Source: Macrostomum lignano (taxonomy: Eukaryota). From it: 64,000 nucleotides of DNA. The notes under the pieces were generated by a model. It ran no database searches. It was not told where the DNA came from and was given only the letters and a program-made list of their open reading frames with translations. How positions within the stretch are numbered: the first letter of the stretch is position 1; every line of letters begins with the position of its first letter. The stretch spans positions 248,001 to 312,000 of the forward strand of contig NIVC01000124.1 of the NCBI GenBank assembly GCA_002269645.1, given 5' to 3'. Of this stretch, positions 26,861-40,987 are shown in pieces. The position numbers and the translations under genes were made by a program.

Positions 26861-27669
26861 GAAATTCAGGTTGTTGCTGTTGTTTTTGTTGTTGTTGTTG
26901 TTGAAATTGAGGTTGTTGTTGTTGTTGAACTTGAGGTTGTTGTTGTTGTTGAACTTGAGGTTGTCATTGTTATTTTTATTGATTTAATTGAGGTTGTTGT
27001 TTTTGAAATTGAAGTCGCTGTCGGTGTTGTCGGTGTCGAAATCGAAGTTATTGTTACTGTTGATGAAATTTTAAGTCCTTTGTTATTGTTATTGTTAAAA
27101 TTGACGTTGCCATTGTTTTTTTCAATTTGAAGTTGTACTTTTATTATTGTAAGGGTCATGTACGGCTGAACCCTTGGCTAACATCAGCGGGCCAAATACA
27201 ATTTGTCATTAGCTAGTACTGTAAGTAACTGTAAGCGCCAGAAACGGCAGGGCAGGAGTAATGGGATCAAAAGCAAGGAAAGATGCACGTGGAGAAAATG
27301 GCATAGCGAAGGTGGACAGCTAGATCGGTTTCCGCATTATGCCTTATTTATTTTTATTAGATTGTCGTCCAGAGCTTAAAAGTTGTGTCCGCAGCAACAG
27401 TTGCCGCATAATTTCACCGAAATGCTTTCATATTTCTGCTCTGTCTGTCCTTCACCAGCTTTTAGAATGATTTGCCATCTTTCTTTGACGGGAGAAGCAT
27501 CCTCATTGGCCATTCCATCTAGAAGAAAAAATGCAAAAGCAATTAGCCGCAGATTCCTGCACTCCAACCGAAATTGCAATACGATTTATCTTTGCCTCGG
27601 CATCAACTGCTGGCTGCTGCCGCCGATACTGACGGGTCCTGTGGAGTTTCATCGCTCTTTTGAGTCAAG

Positions 27670-29070
27670 GAGGGTCTGGGAGCTGCGAGGGTGGCGGTAG
27701 CTCAGCAACTGAGGGTCTGGGAGCTGCGAGGGTGGCGGTAGCTCAGCAACTGAGGGTCTGGGAGCTGCGAGGGTGGCGGTAGCTCAGCAACTGAGAATCT
27801 GGGAGCTGCGAGGGTGGCGGTAGCTCAGCAACTGAGAATCTGGGAGCTGCGAGGGTGGCGGTAGCTCAGCAACTGAGAATCTGGGAGCTGCGAGGGTGGC
27901 GGTAGCTCAGCAACTGAGGGTCTGGGAGCTGCGAGGGTGGCGGTAGCTCAGCAACTGAGGGTCTGGGAGCTGCGAGGGTGGCGGTAGCTCAGCAACTGAG
28001 GGTCTGGGAGCTGCGAGGGTGGCGGTAGCTCAGCAACTGAGGGTCTGGGAGCTGCGAGGGTGGCGGTAGCTCAGCAACTGAGGGTCTGGGAGCTGCGAGG
28101 GTGGCGGTAGCTCAGCAACTGAGGGTCTGGGAGCTGCGAGGGTGGCGGTAGCTCAGCAACTGAGAATCTGGGAGCTGCGAGGGTGGCGGTAGCTCAGCAA
28201 CTGAGAATCTGGGAGCTGCGAGGGTGGCGGTAGCTCAGCAACTGAGAATCTGGGAGGCTGGCCCAGCAACTGTAGGAGGTGAAGGCTGGCCCAGCAACTG
28301 AGGATCTGGGAGGCTGGCCCAGCAACTGAGGATCTGGGAGGCTGGTCCAGCAACTGAGGATTTAGGAGGCTGGCCCAGCAGCTGAGGATCTGGGAGGCTG
28401 GTCCAGCAACTGAGGATTTAGGAGGCTGGCCCAGCAACTGAGGATCTGGGAGGCTGGCCCAGCAACTGAAGATTTTGGAGGCTGGCTCAGAAACTGAGGA
28501 TTTAGGAGGCTGGCCCAGCAACTGAGGGTCTAAGAGCTGCGAGGGTGGCGGTAGCTCAGCAACTGAGGGTCTGGGAGCTGCGAGGGTGGCGGTAGCTCAG
28601 CAACTGAGAATCTGGGAGGCTGGCCCAGCAACTGTAGGAGGAGCTTGAAGGCTGGCCCAGCAACTGAGGATCTGGGAGGCTGGTCCAGCAACTGAGGATT
28701 TAGGAGGCTGGCCCAGCAACTGAGGATCTGGGAGGCTGGCCCAACAACTGAAGATTTTGGAGGCTGGCTCAGAAACTGAGGATTTAGGAGGCTGGCCCAG
28801 CAACTGAGGATCTGGCTAGCCCAGCAACCGAGAATCTGGGAGGCTGGCCCAACAACTGAGGATCTGGGAGGCTGGCCCAGCAACCGAGAATCTGAGAGGC
28901 TAACCCAGCAACTGAGGATCTGGGAGGCAGGCCCAGCAACCGAGGATTTGGGAGGCTGGCCCAGCAACTGAGGATCTGGGAGACTGGATCAGCAACTGAG
29001 GATCTGTGAGGCTGGATCAGCAACTGAGGATCTGGGAGGCTGGATCAGAAACGGAGGATCTGGGAGGCTG
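27670..29070. repeat. 41-bp array (about 14 units, 27677-28250) followed by 28-bp ggaggctgg array
   Basis: Unit gggagctgcgagggtggcggtagctcagcaactgagggtct. Confidence 0.92.
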
Positions 29071-29827
29071 GTGGCCTAGATAGAAACTGAGAATAATCCA
29101 GCGCCCCATCACCGCCTCTCCAGCATCCCCAGCTCAGTCGGCATGGCCGGCCGCAGCTGCAGCCTGCAGGACTCGCAGGCCCTCCGTGAGGCCTACTCAA
29201 GCAGCGAATGCGACTCAACATCTTCATCCTCATCGAGCTCTGAGAGCCTCTCCAGCTGCAGCAGCAGCGACTCGGAGGAATCCAACGATTGCTCAGCTTC
29301 CTCGAGTGCTTCATCAACGTCTTCATCCTCCTTCGAAGGATCGGTTCAGGTCGACAGCGTGTCGACAGATCGCCGCCCCGACTCCGATCAGTTGAGTTTC
29401 ATCGATCTGCGAGGCGCCAGGAGGCGCCAAGATCGGCGCCAAGATCGGCGCCAAGATCGGCGCCCGCTGAGCGCGCTGTCAGAGGAGTCCACCGAGAGTG
29501 GCGACGGCAGCGCTTCGGCGTCAGCTGCTGCTGCATCGGCGGCAGCGGCAGCAGCTGGGCCTACAGCTGGGCCTAGGCCTGCCAGTTATATGATTTACTC
29601 AACATATCGGCGCTGGATTATCTAATTATATTGAGAATGGCTATAAGCCTATTCAGTACCTTGTTTGTTTTTATGTGAGAAAGTCTATCTGCTCAGAGAA
29701 ATGAGCTACTAAAAGAGCACAAAATGTACTGCACATTCTCTGTTGCTTGATGAGAACAATGCGTATGGCTGATAAAAAATCTGTAAAGTCTGAAGTGTGA
29801 TGTCCAACACGAGGAAAAAAGGAGGAA

Positions 29828-30840
29828 GAATGATGTGTCAGATTATGGAAAGAATGATGTGTCAGATTATGGAAATAATGATGTGTCAGATTATGGAAAG
29901 AATGATGTGTCAGATTAGGCATGAATGATGTGTCAGATTATGGAAAGAATGATGTGTCAGATTATGGAAAGAATGATGTGTAAGATTATGGAAAGAATGA
30001 TGTGTCAGATTATAGAAAGAATGATGTGTCAGATTATAGAAAGAATGATGTGTAAGATTATGGAAAGAATGATGTGTCAGATTATAGAAAGAATGATGTG
30101 TCAGATTATAGAAAGAATGATGTGTCAGATTATGGAAAGAATGATGTGTCAGATTATAGAAAGAATGATGTGTCAGATTATGGAAAGAATGATGTGTCAG
30201 ATTATGGAAAGAATGATGTGTCAGATTATGGAAAGAATGATGTGTCAGATTAGGCATGAATGATGTGTCAGATTATGGAAAGAATGATGTGTCAGATTAT
30301 GGAAAGAATGATGTGTCAGATTATGGAAAGAATGATGTGTCAGATTATGGAAAGAATGATGTGTCAGATTATGGAAAGAATGATGTGTCAGAATATGGAA
30401 AGAATGATGTGTCAGAATATGGAAAGAATGATGTGTCAGATTATGAATAGAATGATGTGTCAGATTATGAGAAGATGATGTGTCAGATTATGGAAAGAAT
30501 GATGTGTCAGATTATGGAAAGAATGATGTGTCAGATTATGGAAAGAATGATGTGTCAGATTATGGAAAGAATGATGTGTCAGATTATGGAAAGAATAATG
30601 TGTCAGATTAGTAAAGAATGATGTGTCAGATTATGAAAGAATGATGTGTCAGATTATGAAAGAATGATGTGTCAGATTATGGAAAGAATGATGTGTCAGA
30701 TTATGGAAAGAATGATGTGTCAGATTATGGAAAGAATGATGTGTCAGATTATGGAAAGAATGATGTGTCAGATTATGGGAAGAATGATGTGTCAGATTAT
30801 GGGAAGAATGATGTGTCAGATTATGAAAGAGTGATGTGTC
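29828..30840. repeat. 24-bp minisatellite (unit 2)
   Basis: Homolog of 4865-5910. Confidence 0.94.
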
Positions 30841-31687
30841 AAGCTAGTAGTGTCAGCAAATTAAGGGGTTCATCATGAATCAATGTACTTACAAACGGTC
30901 TATCCGAAAATTCTAAAGACCTTCTACATTTTTGAGGATCAGTCATTCGAGTAAAAATGTGTTTAGTACTATTCTAAACAGAAAGTTCTACAAGATCCCC
31001 CTGTAGTCAATCAATGCCTTAAGTCAGGCCAAAGCAGTGCTTAAGACCCTAAAAGTACTCTTGTGCTTGCTCAGCTCGCGTGAAAATTTCATAACGAGTT
31101 GGTTCTTCAACTCTCATTAGAGACACTCGGTTATATGAGTAGGATGCGATCAATAGGGCTCAATGCACTACTTTATTCAATGAGTAGTACAGAAGCTTTT
31201 ACATCGTATTATATATTTGGGTTCTGATAACAATAGTGCGGTTGTGAAGTACGCGAAATATATCGGAATTCCGTTGGGAAGAGGTCCACATATTACAGTT
31301 TAGATTTTGATTAAACTAAGGGCGAACTAGATCTAGGGGTGTCGGGCAGGGACAGAAATGTCGTTGGTGTCAGAAGGCGCTCAAATTTAGTGTCAAATTT
31401 TGGCACTGATATCTGGGTTGATTGCGCGCCAAATGATGTGTCAATTGGGCGTCAGAAGGGCACTGAGTTTATTGCCAGGAGGGGGCGCCAAGTTTATTGT
31501 CAGGAGGGGCCTGTAAATTTGTGTCAGGATGGGCGCTAAAATAAGTGTCAGGATGGCGCCAAATTTGGTGTTTGCAGGGCTTGTTCATACTCATTAAGGA
31601 ATTTTATCCTTACACAACATTCACTCCTTTACTGATGAAATAACACGAGTTTATAAGGTTAACTGGAAGGCGTCAGAAGTCCGTCGA

Positions 31688-34402
31688 TCAGTGCCTGATA
31701 AGTCTCACAGTGAAACAGGCAATGGCGGCCAGAACAAAGACCTGACAGGCTGACAAAGACCCCAGCTGACTGGCTGACTTGTACCAATCGTCTGGGGGGC
31801 AGTTATTGCCCCATCCGACACTGACTCCGTTCTCCTTGTTCTTGGCCGCAATGTAGGTCTGGAGCGGTGCGAAATAGTCAAGCAGGGGTTTGGCGCTGAT
31901 CTGCCGTGTGCCGCTGATCTTGAACAGGGCCTCCTCCCAGTGCAGCGAGGTGCCGCTCTCCAGCAGGGCTCTGAAAGTTTGTTTGTTAATAATATAAACA
32001 TAAAAAATATGAACTTAATCTCGTAATAACTTCACCTGTAGCTAATTGATGCTAATTACACATGTAGCTAGCTAATTGATGCTAATTACACCTGTACCTA
32101 ATTGATGCTAATTACACCTGTACCTAATTGATGCTAATTACACCTGTACCTAATTGATGCTAATTACACATGTAGCTAGCTAATTGATGCTAATTACACC
32201 TGTACCTAATTGATGCTAATTACACATGTAGCTAATTGATGCTAATTACACCTGTAGCTAGCTAATTGATGCTAATTATACATGTAGCTAATTGATGCTA
32301 ATTACACCTTTAGCTAATTGATGGTAATTACACCTTTAGCTAATTGATGCTAATTACACCTTTAGCTAATTGATGCTAATTACACCTTTAGCTAATTGAT
32401 GCTGGATGCTGCTAGCGGATGTTAATTGCGACTATTTCGACTTTTGTGGTAAAAATTAAAAGTTCAAAAATAGACAGATTTTATTTGCAACTGAACATTT
32501 AATAACTGTTTTAAGGGGCATTCAAAAATTCGGTTTTTTTACAAAAAGAGTTCGACCCGCACTCACTTGAGCTTTGCGCCGGCGGCAGAGTTGCCGTAGA
32601 TGCTGCATTTGTGAAAATTTTCCGTTACACCTGCGGCCTGGCACAGCGACTGGTGGAATTGAAACTGCAGCAGTAGGCTGAGAAAGTATCTGAAAATTAT
32701 TCAAACTTTTTTCAGCCAAAAATTCAATTTAAGCCGATAAGAATTTTGCTTTAGCGGTGTATTGGTTGGCTTGGCAACAAGTGAAGAAAACAAACATTTG
32801 ACCGAGTGCTATACCCTAGTTAGGAGGTATTTCGAGTTGATAGAATTTGTTTAACATTTTCAAAATGACTTTTAACCGTCTTTTATCAAAGTTTTTTTCG
32901 TCTAATTTGAAAACTCTGCCTGCCGAAACCTGGCTATTTTAATTACTCAATTCTTGCATGAACCAAGTTTCTAGCAGAATTATTCTCACAATTAACATCG
33001 AATATTATTAGTCTTTATTATGAGTCATGTAATGCGGCAAAAGGCCTAAAAACATATTTTTTTAAGTTGCACACGTAATTAACGCCAAATTTTGTGTTTC
33101 AAATTGACGTCAAATTTTGTGTTTCAAATTGGCGCCTAATTTATTGTTTAAAGCCATAATAAAGCCACCTGAACTCGCCTCATGTACTCCACATTGGCAA
33201 CCACGTGATAAATAGCGCCGGCATCAAAGTCCTCTTCCGATCGCAACACCGGACTGGAAACCCCCATCAGTTGGCAGCGCTGGTTCACCCATTCGCTGTT
33301 CCACAGATTCTTGGGCACCACGCCTTTGAACAGCTTGTACCTGTAGGTTTGTCGATGGTGTAAGTAGGCAGAGGTATACAAATTCTCCACAAGATTCTTC
33401 TTCTCGGGATTCCCTCCCCAAGACACCCATCGCCGAGATTCCCCTCCGGAACTTCCTTTCCTGAGTTTTCCCTTCCTGAAATTAAACCTTCCCGGGATTC
33501 GCCTTCCCGGGATTCCCCTGACCGAGATTCCCCTTCCCGGGATTCCCCTTACCGGGATTCCCCTTACCGGGATTCCCCTTACCGGGATTCCCCTTACCGG
33601 GATTCCCCTTACCAGGATTCCCCTTACTGGGATTCCCCTTACCGGGATTTCCCTTACCGGGATTCCCCTTACCGGGATTCCCCTTACCAGGATTCTCCTT
33701 ACCGGGATTCCCATTCCCGTGATTCCCCCTGCTGAGTTTTCCCATCCCGAGATTCTCTTCTTGAAAATCTCTCTCCATAGCTTCTACCTGTAGTTGTCAA
33801 TCAAATAACCAAAAGGCAGGTAGGCGGCCTTCTTCAAAGCCATGAGGAACAGAGAGTTCAGGTAGAACTCATCGGATTCGCTGTCCGATTCAAGCAGGCC
33901 GAGTTTTCTCAGATGCCCCGGGGTCATGACTGACAGCTCGATGGTGTCGCCGATAGCCTCGTGAAAACCGGGATTGGCGCCGTCTCGGAACACCACCGGC
34001 TGCTTCTCGTACTGTTGAAAGTATTGAATGTGGCCCATCTCGTGATGAGTCACCGCCAAATAGTGGCCGGTAATCTCCGTGCACTGCTTGATGCGGAAGT
34101 CGCCTTTATCAGTGTAGAAATCCCAAGCAGACGCGTGGCAGACCATGTCAACTCCCGGCAGCTTCTCCAACACCGACTTCTCCCAGAAGGTGTCAGTCAT
34201 GTTTCCCAAGCCGAGCGAGGCGAAGAAGTCTTGACTGGCTTCGAACATCTGTCTGACTGTCCAGTTCTGTTACGGGTTTCAAATGCAGACTCTTTATGCA
34301 AAATCTGACAGACAGACAGACAGACAGACAGACACTAAGGCAGACAGACAGAAAGACAGGCAGACAGACAGACAGACAGACAGACAGAAGGACAGACAGA
34401 AG

Positions 34403-34478
<76 letters not shown>

Positions 34479-34481
34479 CTA

Positions 34482-34518
<37 letters not shown>

Positions 34519-34521
34519 CTA

Positions 34522-34558
<37 letters not shown>

Positions 34559-34616
34559 CTAAGACAGACAGACAGACAGACAGACAGATAGACAGACAGA
34601 CAGACAGACAGACAGG

Positions 34617-34658
<42 letters not shown>

Positions 34659-34693
34659 AACAGACAGACACTAAGACAGACAGACAGACACTA

Positions 34694-34725
<32 letters not shown>

Positions 34726-35469
34726 CGGCAGACAGACAGACAGACAGACAGACAGACACTAAGACAGATAGACAGACAGACAGACAGTCAGCCTCACCTT
34801 CTCCCTCATCACTTTGGTGACGTCGATCTGCGGCTCATTGGGAAACGGTTTCGTAAACGGCTCCAAATCGTCCCAGCGTCCGCCCCACATGTGTCCGAGA
34901 ATGTGTCCGGGAATGTGACCGGTCGGCGGGAAGATGCTAGCCGGGTATTTCTGCATCAAAGCGTGCCTCACATAGCCGTGCAGCTCCTTGTACAGCGGCA
35001 GCAGGCCGTTGAACAACTCGGACATAACCTGCTCGAAATCCTGGCCCTCCTTGGGCTCGTACCAGCTCTGCCAGTACTTGGCGAAATTCGCGTAGCCAGC
35101 CTCCTTAATCATCTCGTTTGCCAGATCGACGTACTCCTCGTACATCTGCTTCACCGGCCTGCCGCTGGCGTCCCTCCAGCGAGACCACAGAGCCTTCTTG
35201 ACCGCTTCGCTGACGTCAGGGCTGGCCATCAGGCTGACGACTTTAATGAATTGTGAATGAAGTTATTTGATAGCAAAATGAGACAGACAAACTCTGAATG
35301 TACTTTTAGAAATTTGATGGCTAGAAATCTTTTCAAAAGCGCGCACCTCGTGACAGGGGAATTGGCTCCCCGGTGTCTGGATGCTCCACGGTGGCTGTGC
35401 TCTCAATTCGAATCATATCGCTCCTCAGCTGACCGAACTGCAGGGGGGGGGGGAAAGCTGCCGTTTGTC

Positions 35470-35517
<48 letters not shown>

Positions 35518-35523
35518 GTCTTA

Positions 35524-35561
<38 letters not shown>

Positions 35562-35567
35562 GTCTTA

Positions 35568-35617
<50 letters not shown>

Positions 35618-35620
35618 TAG

Positions 35621-35705
<85 letters not shown>

Positions 35706-35709
35706 GCCA

Positions 35710-35784
<75 letters not shown>

Positions 35785-36160
35785 CATCCAGCCTCACCCG
35801 AGTCTGCTTGGCCTCATCCGTCACAATCGATGTCCCAATATCGGCAGCCTTGGTGAACATTCGTTTAAGCCGCTCGTTGCCCAGGTTGGCCCAGTCGAAC
35901 CGCTGGTCCATCTCCTGCCGCTTGCCGAGCATGAACTGGCTCAGCTGCAGTCTGGCTGCCAGTTCGGCCATCTTATTCTCCTGATTGATGTCCGTGTTGG
36001 ACGCCCAGCTGGCTTCCACCACCTTGTTCAGGAGTATCCTGTGCTCCCCGCTGAACTGCTCAAACCATAACGTTGCCTCCGTTACATTCGTACTCTTGCT
36101 GCCAGCCAGACTGACTGCTGCTAGAAGCAAACAGCTTAGCAGAAGAGATCTCCGCGTCAT
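31688..36160 (-). CDS. ACE: ACE-A2: ACE-like M2 peptidase, 647 aa. Exons 36160-35798, 35437-35347, 35240-34798, 34266-33788, 33340-33179, 32689-32567, 31970-31688
   Basis: Exon sizes identical to ACE-A1 (363, 91, 443, 479, 162, 123, 283), same splice sites, no stop or frameshift seen, HEMGH/EAIGD intact. Confidence 0.93.
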
Positions 36161-36605
36161 TACCTTCACTTTGAGAGGCAAATTTCACACACGAGTTAGA
36201 AATTTTCTGTTGCAACAACGCCATAATAGTTGGCTTTTAATTTCTGCGAATTTAGATAAACCTGGAAGGTTTTTGCGCGCGGCGGGCTATCTTGTACAAT
36301 CAGACCACGTGACTTGATTGCAGTGCGGCCTGAGGGTTACTGTGCAGCGTGCAGCCAAACTGCTACATGTAAGCCATTTGGAATCAGTCAGTCAGTCAGT
36401 CAGTCAGTCAGTCAGTCAGTCAGTCAGTCAGTCAGTCAGTCAGTCAGTCAGTCAGTCAGTCAGTCAGTCAGTCAGTCAGTCAGTCAGTCAGTCAGTCAGT
36501 CAGCCAGTCAGTCAGTCAGTCAGTCAGTCAGTCAGTCAGTCAGTCAGTCAGTCAGTCACCCACTCACTCAAGTCAGTCAGTCAGTCAGTCAGTCAGTCAG
36601 TCAGT

Positions 36606-37599
36606 CCGCCGCATGAAGCGATTAGAAATGGATCAGCTGTTTGATTGGCGCAATTTTCGGAATGAAACCTTGAGACGATTGTTCTCCAAGGCGGCCGACA
36701 TTGGCTTCTCTGTTTTGAACGATACGGAAAAACGGACGCTCGTGAGATCTCAGACTGTCATAAATCGTGTTGAAATTCCCGAGATTCCCTGCCCAAGATT
36801 CCCCTCTTAAGATTCCCTTCCCGAGATTCCATACCAGAGATTCCCCTGCCCGAGATTCCCCTTCCCGAGATTCCCCTTCCCGAGATTCCCCTTCCCAAGA
36901 TTCCCCTTCCCGAGATTCCCCTTCCCGAGATTTCTCTCCCAAGATTCCCTTCCCGAGATTCCCCTGCCCGAGATTCCCCTTTCCGAGATTCCCCTGCCCG
37001 AGATTCCCCTTCCCGAGATTCCCCTTCCCGAGATTTCTCTCCCAAGATTCCCTTCCCGAGATTCCCCTGCCCGAGATTCCCCTTCCCGAGATTCCCCTTC
37101 CCGAGATTCCCCTGCCCGAGATTCCCCTTCCCGAGATTCCCCTTCCCGAGATTTCTCTCCCAAGATTCCCTTCCCGAGATTCTCTTTCCCGAGACTCTCT
37201 TTCCCGAGATTTTCTTTCTGAGATTCTCTACCCAAGATTCCTCTCCCAAGATTCCCTTCCCGAGAATTTCTGCCTAAGATTCCCTTCCTGAGATTCCCTA
37301 CGCCAGATTCCCTACCCAAGATTCCCTTCCTGAAGGGGGATTCCCTACGCCAGATTCCTTACCCAAGATTCCTTACCAGAAATTCCCCTTTCCAAGATCC
37401 CTTAATGGAGATTCCCTACTCGAGATTCCCCCTCCCGAGATTCCCCTTCCCGAGATTCCTTTTCTTCCATCATTCCTATCAAAGCCGGTCAACCCCACGC
37501 ATTTTCAGCGCAACAAGCTGATCTCCCAAATGTCAAATGTCTACCGATTGGCGACAGTTGAAGATCCAATCACGAAGCATGAGATTCCTTTTTCACCTA
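36606..37599 (+). pseudogene. ACE-B2: 5'-deleted ACE paralog fragment (exon 1 remnant 36606-36741, exon 2 37509-37599)
   Basis: (TCAG)n array joins directly to ccgccgcatgaagcg, the middle of exon 1. Exon 2 is intact and followed by the empty retrotransposon site. Confidence 0.85.
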
Positions 37600-37764
37600 G
37601 TAAGATACGAATTCGTTAAGTAATAGAATAATTTTTTATCTAATAATTAATGAATGCAGGTATTATGGACTCATGTTAAGCATCGGAGGCTGCATAGGTA
37701 CGAGTAGCCAAGAATTATTCTTAAAACACATAAGCCTTTACTAGCTTCAGAATTTTCAACGACT

Positions 37765-38924
37765 AGCTACTGAAGTATCAAGGATTAGCTACTGAAGTAT
37801 CAAGGACTAGCTACTGAAGTATCAAGGATTAGCTACTGAAGTATCAAGGATTAGCTACTGAAGTATCAAGGATTAGCAACTGAAGTATCAAGAACTAGCT
37901 ACTGAAGTATCAAGGATTAGCTACTGAAGTATCAATGATTAGCTACTGAAGTATCAAGGATTAGCTACTGAAGTATCAAGGATTAGCTACTGAAGTATCA
38001 AGGATTAGCTACTGAAGTATCAAGGATTAGCTACTGAAGTATCAAGGATTAGCTACTGAAGTATCAAGGATTAGCTACTGAAGTATCAAGGATTAGCTAC
38101 TGAAGTATCAAGGATTAGCTACTGAAGTATCAAGGATTAGCTACTGAAGTATCAAGGATTAGCTACTGAAGTATCAAGAACTAGCTACTGAAGTATCAAG
38201 GACTAGCTACTGAAGTATCAAGGATTAGCTACTGAAGTATCAAGGATTAGCTACTGAAGTATCAAGGATTAGCTACTGAAGTATCAAGGATTAGCAACTG
38301 AAGTATCAAGAACTAGCTACTGAAGTATCAAGGATTAGCTACTGAAGTATCAATGATTAGCTACTGAAGTATCAAGGATTAGCTACTGAAGTATCAAGGA
38401 TTAGCTACTGAAGTATCAAGGATTAGCTACTGAAGTATCAAGGATTAGCTACTGAAGTATCAAGGATTAGCTACTGAAGTATCAAGGATTAGCTACTGAA
38501 GTATCAAGGATTAGCTACTGAAGTATCAAGGATTAGCTACTGAAGTATCAAGGATTAGCTACTGAAGTATCAAGGATTAGCTACTGAAGTATCAAGAACT
38601 AGCTACTGAAGTATCAAGGACTAGCTACTGAAGTATCAAGGATTAGCTACTGAAGTATCAAGGATTAGCTACTGAAGTATCAAGGATTAGCTACTGAAGT
38701 ATCAAGGATTAGCTACTGAAGTATCAAGGATTAGCTACTGAAGTATCAAGGATTAGCTACTGAAGTATCAAGGATTAGCTACTGAAGTATCAAGGATTAG
38801 CAACTGAAGTATCAAGAACTAGCTACTGAAGTATCAAGGATTAGCTACTGAAGTATCAAGGATTAGCTACTGAAGTATCAAGGATTAGCTACTGAAGTAT
38901 CAAGGATTAGCTACTGAGGTATCA
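37765..38924. repeat. 22-bp satellite (unit 2), about 53 units, with 418-bp higher-order repeat
   Basis: Variant monomers recur at 418-bp spacing. Confidence 0.93.
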
Positions 38925-39570
38925 ATGGAGTGACTGTGACAGTGATGGAGTGACTGTGACTGTGATGGAGTGACTGTGATGGAGTGACTGTAACTGTGAT
39001 GGAGTGACTGTGACTGTGATGGAGTGACTGTGACTGTGATGGAGTGACTGTGACTGTGATGAAGTGACTGCGAGTGTGATGGAGTGACTGTGACTGTGAT
39101 GGAGTGACTGTAACTGTGATGGAGTGACTGTAAATGTGATGGAGTGACTGTGACTGTGATGGAGTGACTGTGACTGTGATGGAGTGACTGTGACTGTGAT
39201 GAAGTGACTGCGAGTGCGATGGAGTGACTGTGACTGTGATGGAGTGACTGTAACTGTGATGGAGTGACTGTAAATGTGATGGAGTGACTGTGACTGTGAT
39301 GGAGTGACTGTGACTGTGATGAAGTGACTGTAACTGTGATGAAGCGACTGTGAGTGTGATGGAGTGACTGTGACTGTGATGAAGTGACTGCGAGTGTGAT
39401 GGAGTGACTGTAAATGCGATGGAGTGACAGTGGGTGTAATAGAGTGACAGTGAGAGTAACAGAGTGACTGTGACTGTGATGGAGTTACTGTGAATGCGAT
39501 GGAGTGACAAGAGGTGAGACGGAGTGACAGCGAGTGTGAAAGTGTGACAGTGAGTGTGACAGAATGACAG
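38925..39570. repeat. 18-bp minisatellite (unit 2); second array 40150-40685
   Basis: Direct inspection. Confidence 0.92.
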
Positions 39571-40987
39571 TATGATGAGAAGAGATTTGCACTCTCCAGA
39601 TTTCTTTTTCAAGGTGTCCCTGGCGCGACCGTCAAGAGAGTGAGGGGTAAGGGGGATATTTTCTAGAGCAAGGGGAGCACTTCCCAAATCACAGGGGGCT
39701 GCCCGGCCAGCTGATTAAAATTAATTAGGTCCGTCCGAATGCAAATTAGTGGCCGCTGCGCCAGCTAGGGATGTGGGGGTGTCTTTCGCGGAATCTCTGA
39801 GTCCAGTCAGCAAGTATATGAGATCCTCAGGCCTTTATCAGAGTATAGCAAGTTTCCCTCACTCTGCGCTTTTGCCCGAGATTTCTGGCCAGCCGCTTTG
39901 AAGGATTTGAAAGACGAGGGAAAAAAACTTTTTTTCTCGGCTTCAAGAATGGCGGTCGGTCATGATTGCTGCTTTGAGAGAAAAAGAAAGTTCTTAACTT
40001 TTATTTTGTCTGGCTTCAGCGAGATTTCCAAGATAGGGTTTCCCTGTATAGGTTGGAAGTTTCTAGAAAATCTTCCTAATTGGGGTGCCACAGAGTTAAT
40101 ATTAACTAGGGCTGTGAATGAGAACTGTGAATGAGACAGGCGTGAAAATGAGTGTGATGGAGTGAGTGTGAATAGGATGTAGTGACTGTGAATGTGATAG
40201 AGTGACTGTGAGAGTGATGGAGTGACAGTGAGTGTGATGGAGTGACTGTGTGCGATGGAGTGACAGTGAGTGTAATAGAGTGATTGTGAGTGTGATAGAG
40301 TGACTGTGAGTGTGATGGAGTGACTGTGAGTGTTATGGAGTGACTGTGAGTGTGATGGAGTGACAGTGAGTGTGATGGAGTGACAGTGAGTGTAATAGAG
40401 TGATTGTCAGTGTGATAGAGTGACTGTGAGTGTGATGGAGTGACAGTGAGTGTGATGGAGTGACTGTGAGAGTGATGGAGTGACAATGAGTGTAATGGAG
40501 TGACAGTGAGAGTGATGGAGTGTCAGTGAGTGTGATGGAGTGACTGTGAGAGTGATGGAGTGACAATGAGTGTAATGGAGTGACAGTGAGAGTGATGGAG
40601 TGACAGTGAGTGTGATGGAGTGACTGTGAGTGCGATGGAGTGACTTGAGTGTAATAGAGTGACAGTGAGAGTGATAGAGTGAGTGTAAGTATGAGAGACA
40701 GACAATGAGTCGTACAGAGTGACAGTGCTAGGGTGAGAGTGACAGTGAAATAGAGGGAGACTGACAAAATGAGACAATATTATGGTGAGGCAGTAAGAAA
40801 TTAAATCAACACTACTTTTATTTGTATGGCAATTTTCAGTTCCAGGTTTAATAACTTTATTCGACTAGAAAAATAATTCTTTAGTTGTACTTTTAAGTTT
40901 AACAGCAGATTGCGGTATGTAACTTGCGAGTGACAAATTACCAAGCCAGGCTCATTAACCTCCTAAGTCTATAAGGCGGCTTGTGGG

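Larger units (their letters stand above)
24021..40669. repeat. Tandem segmental unit 2 (about 16.6 kb)
   Basis: Collinear high-identity copy of unit 1 without the retrotransposon. Confidence 0.95.
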
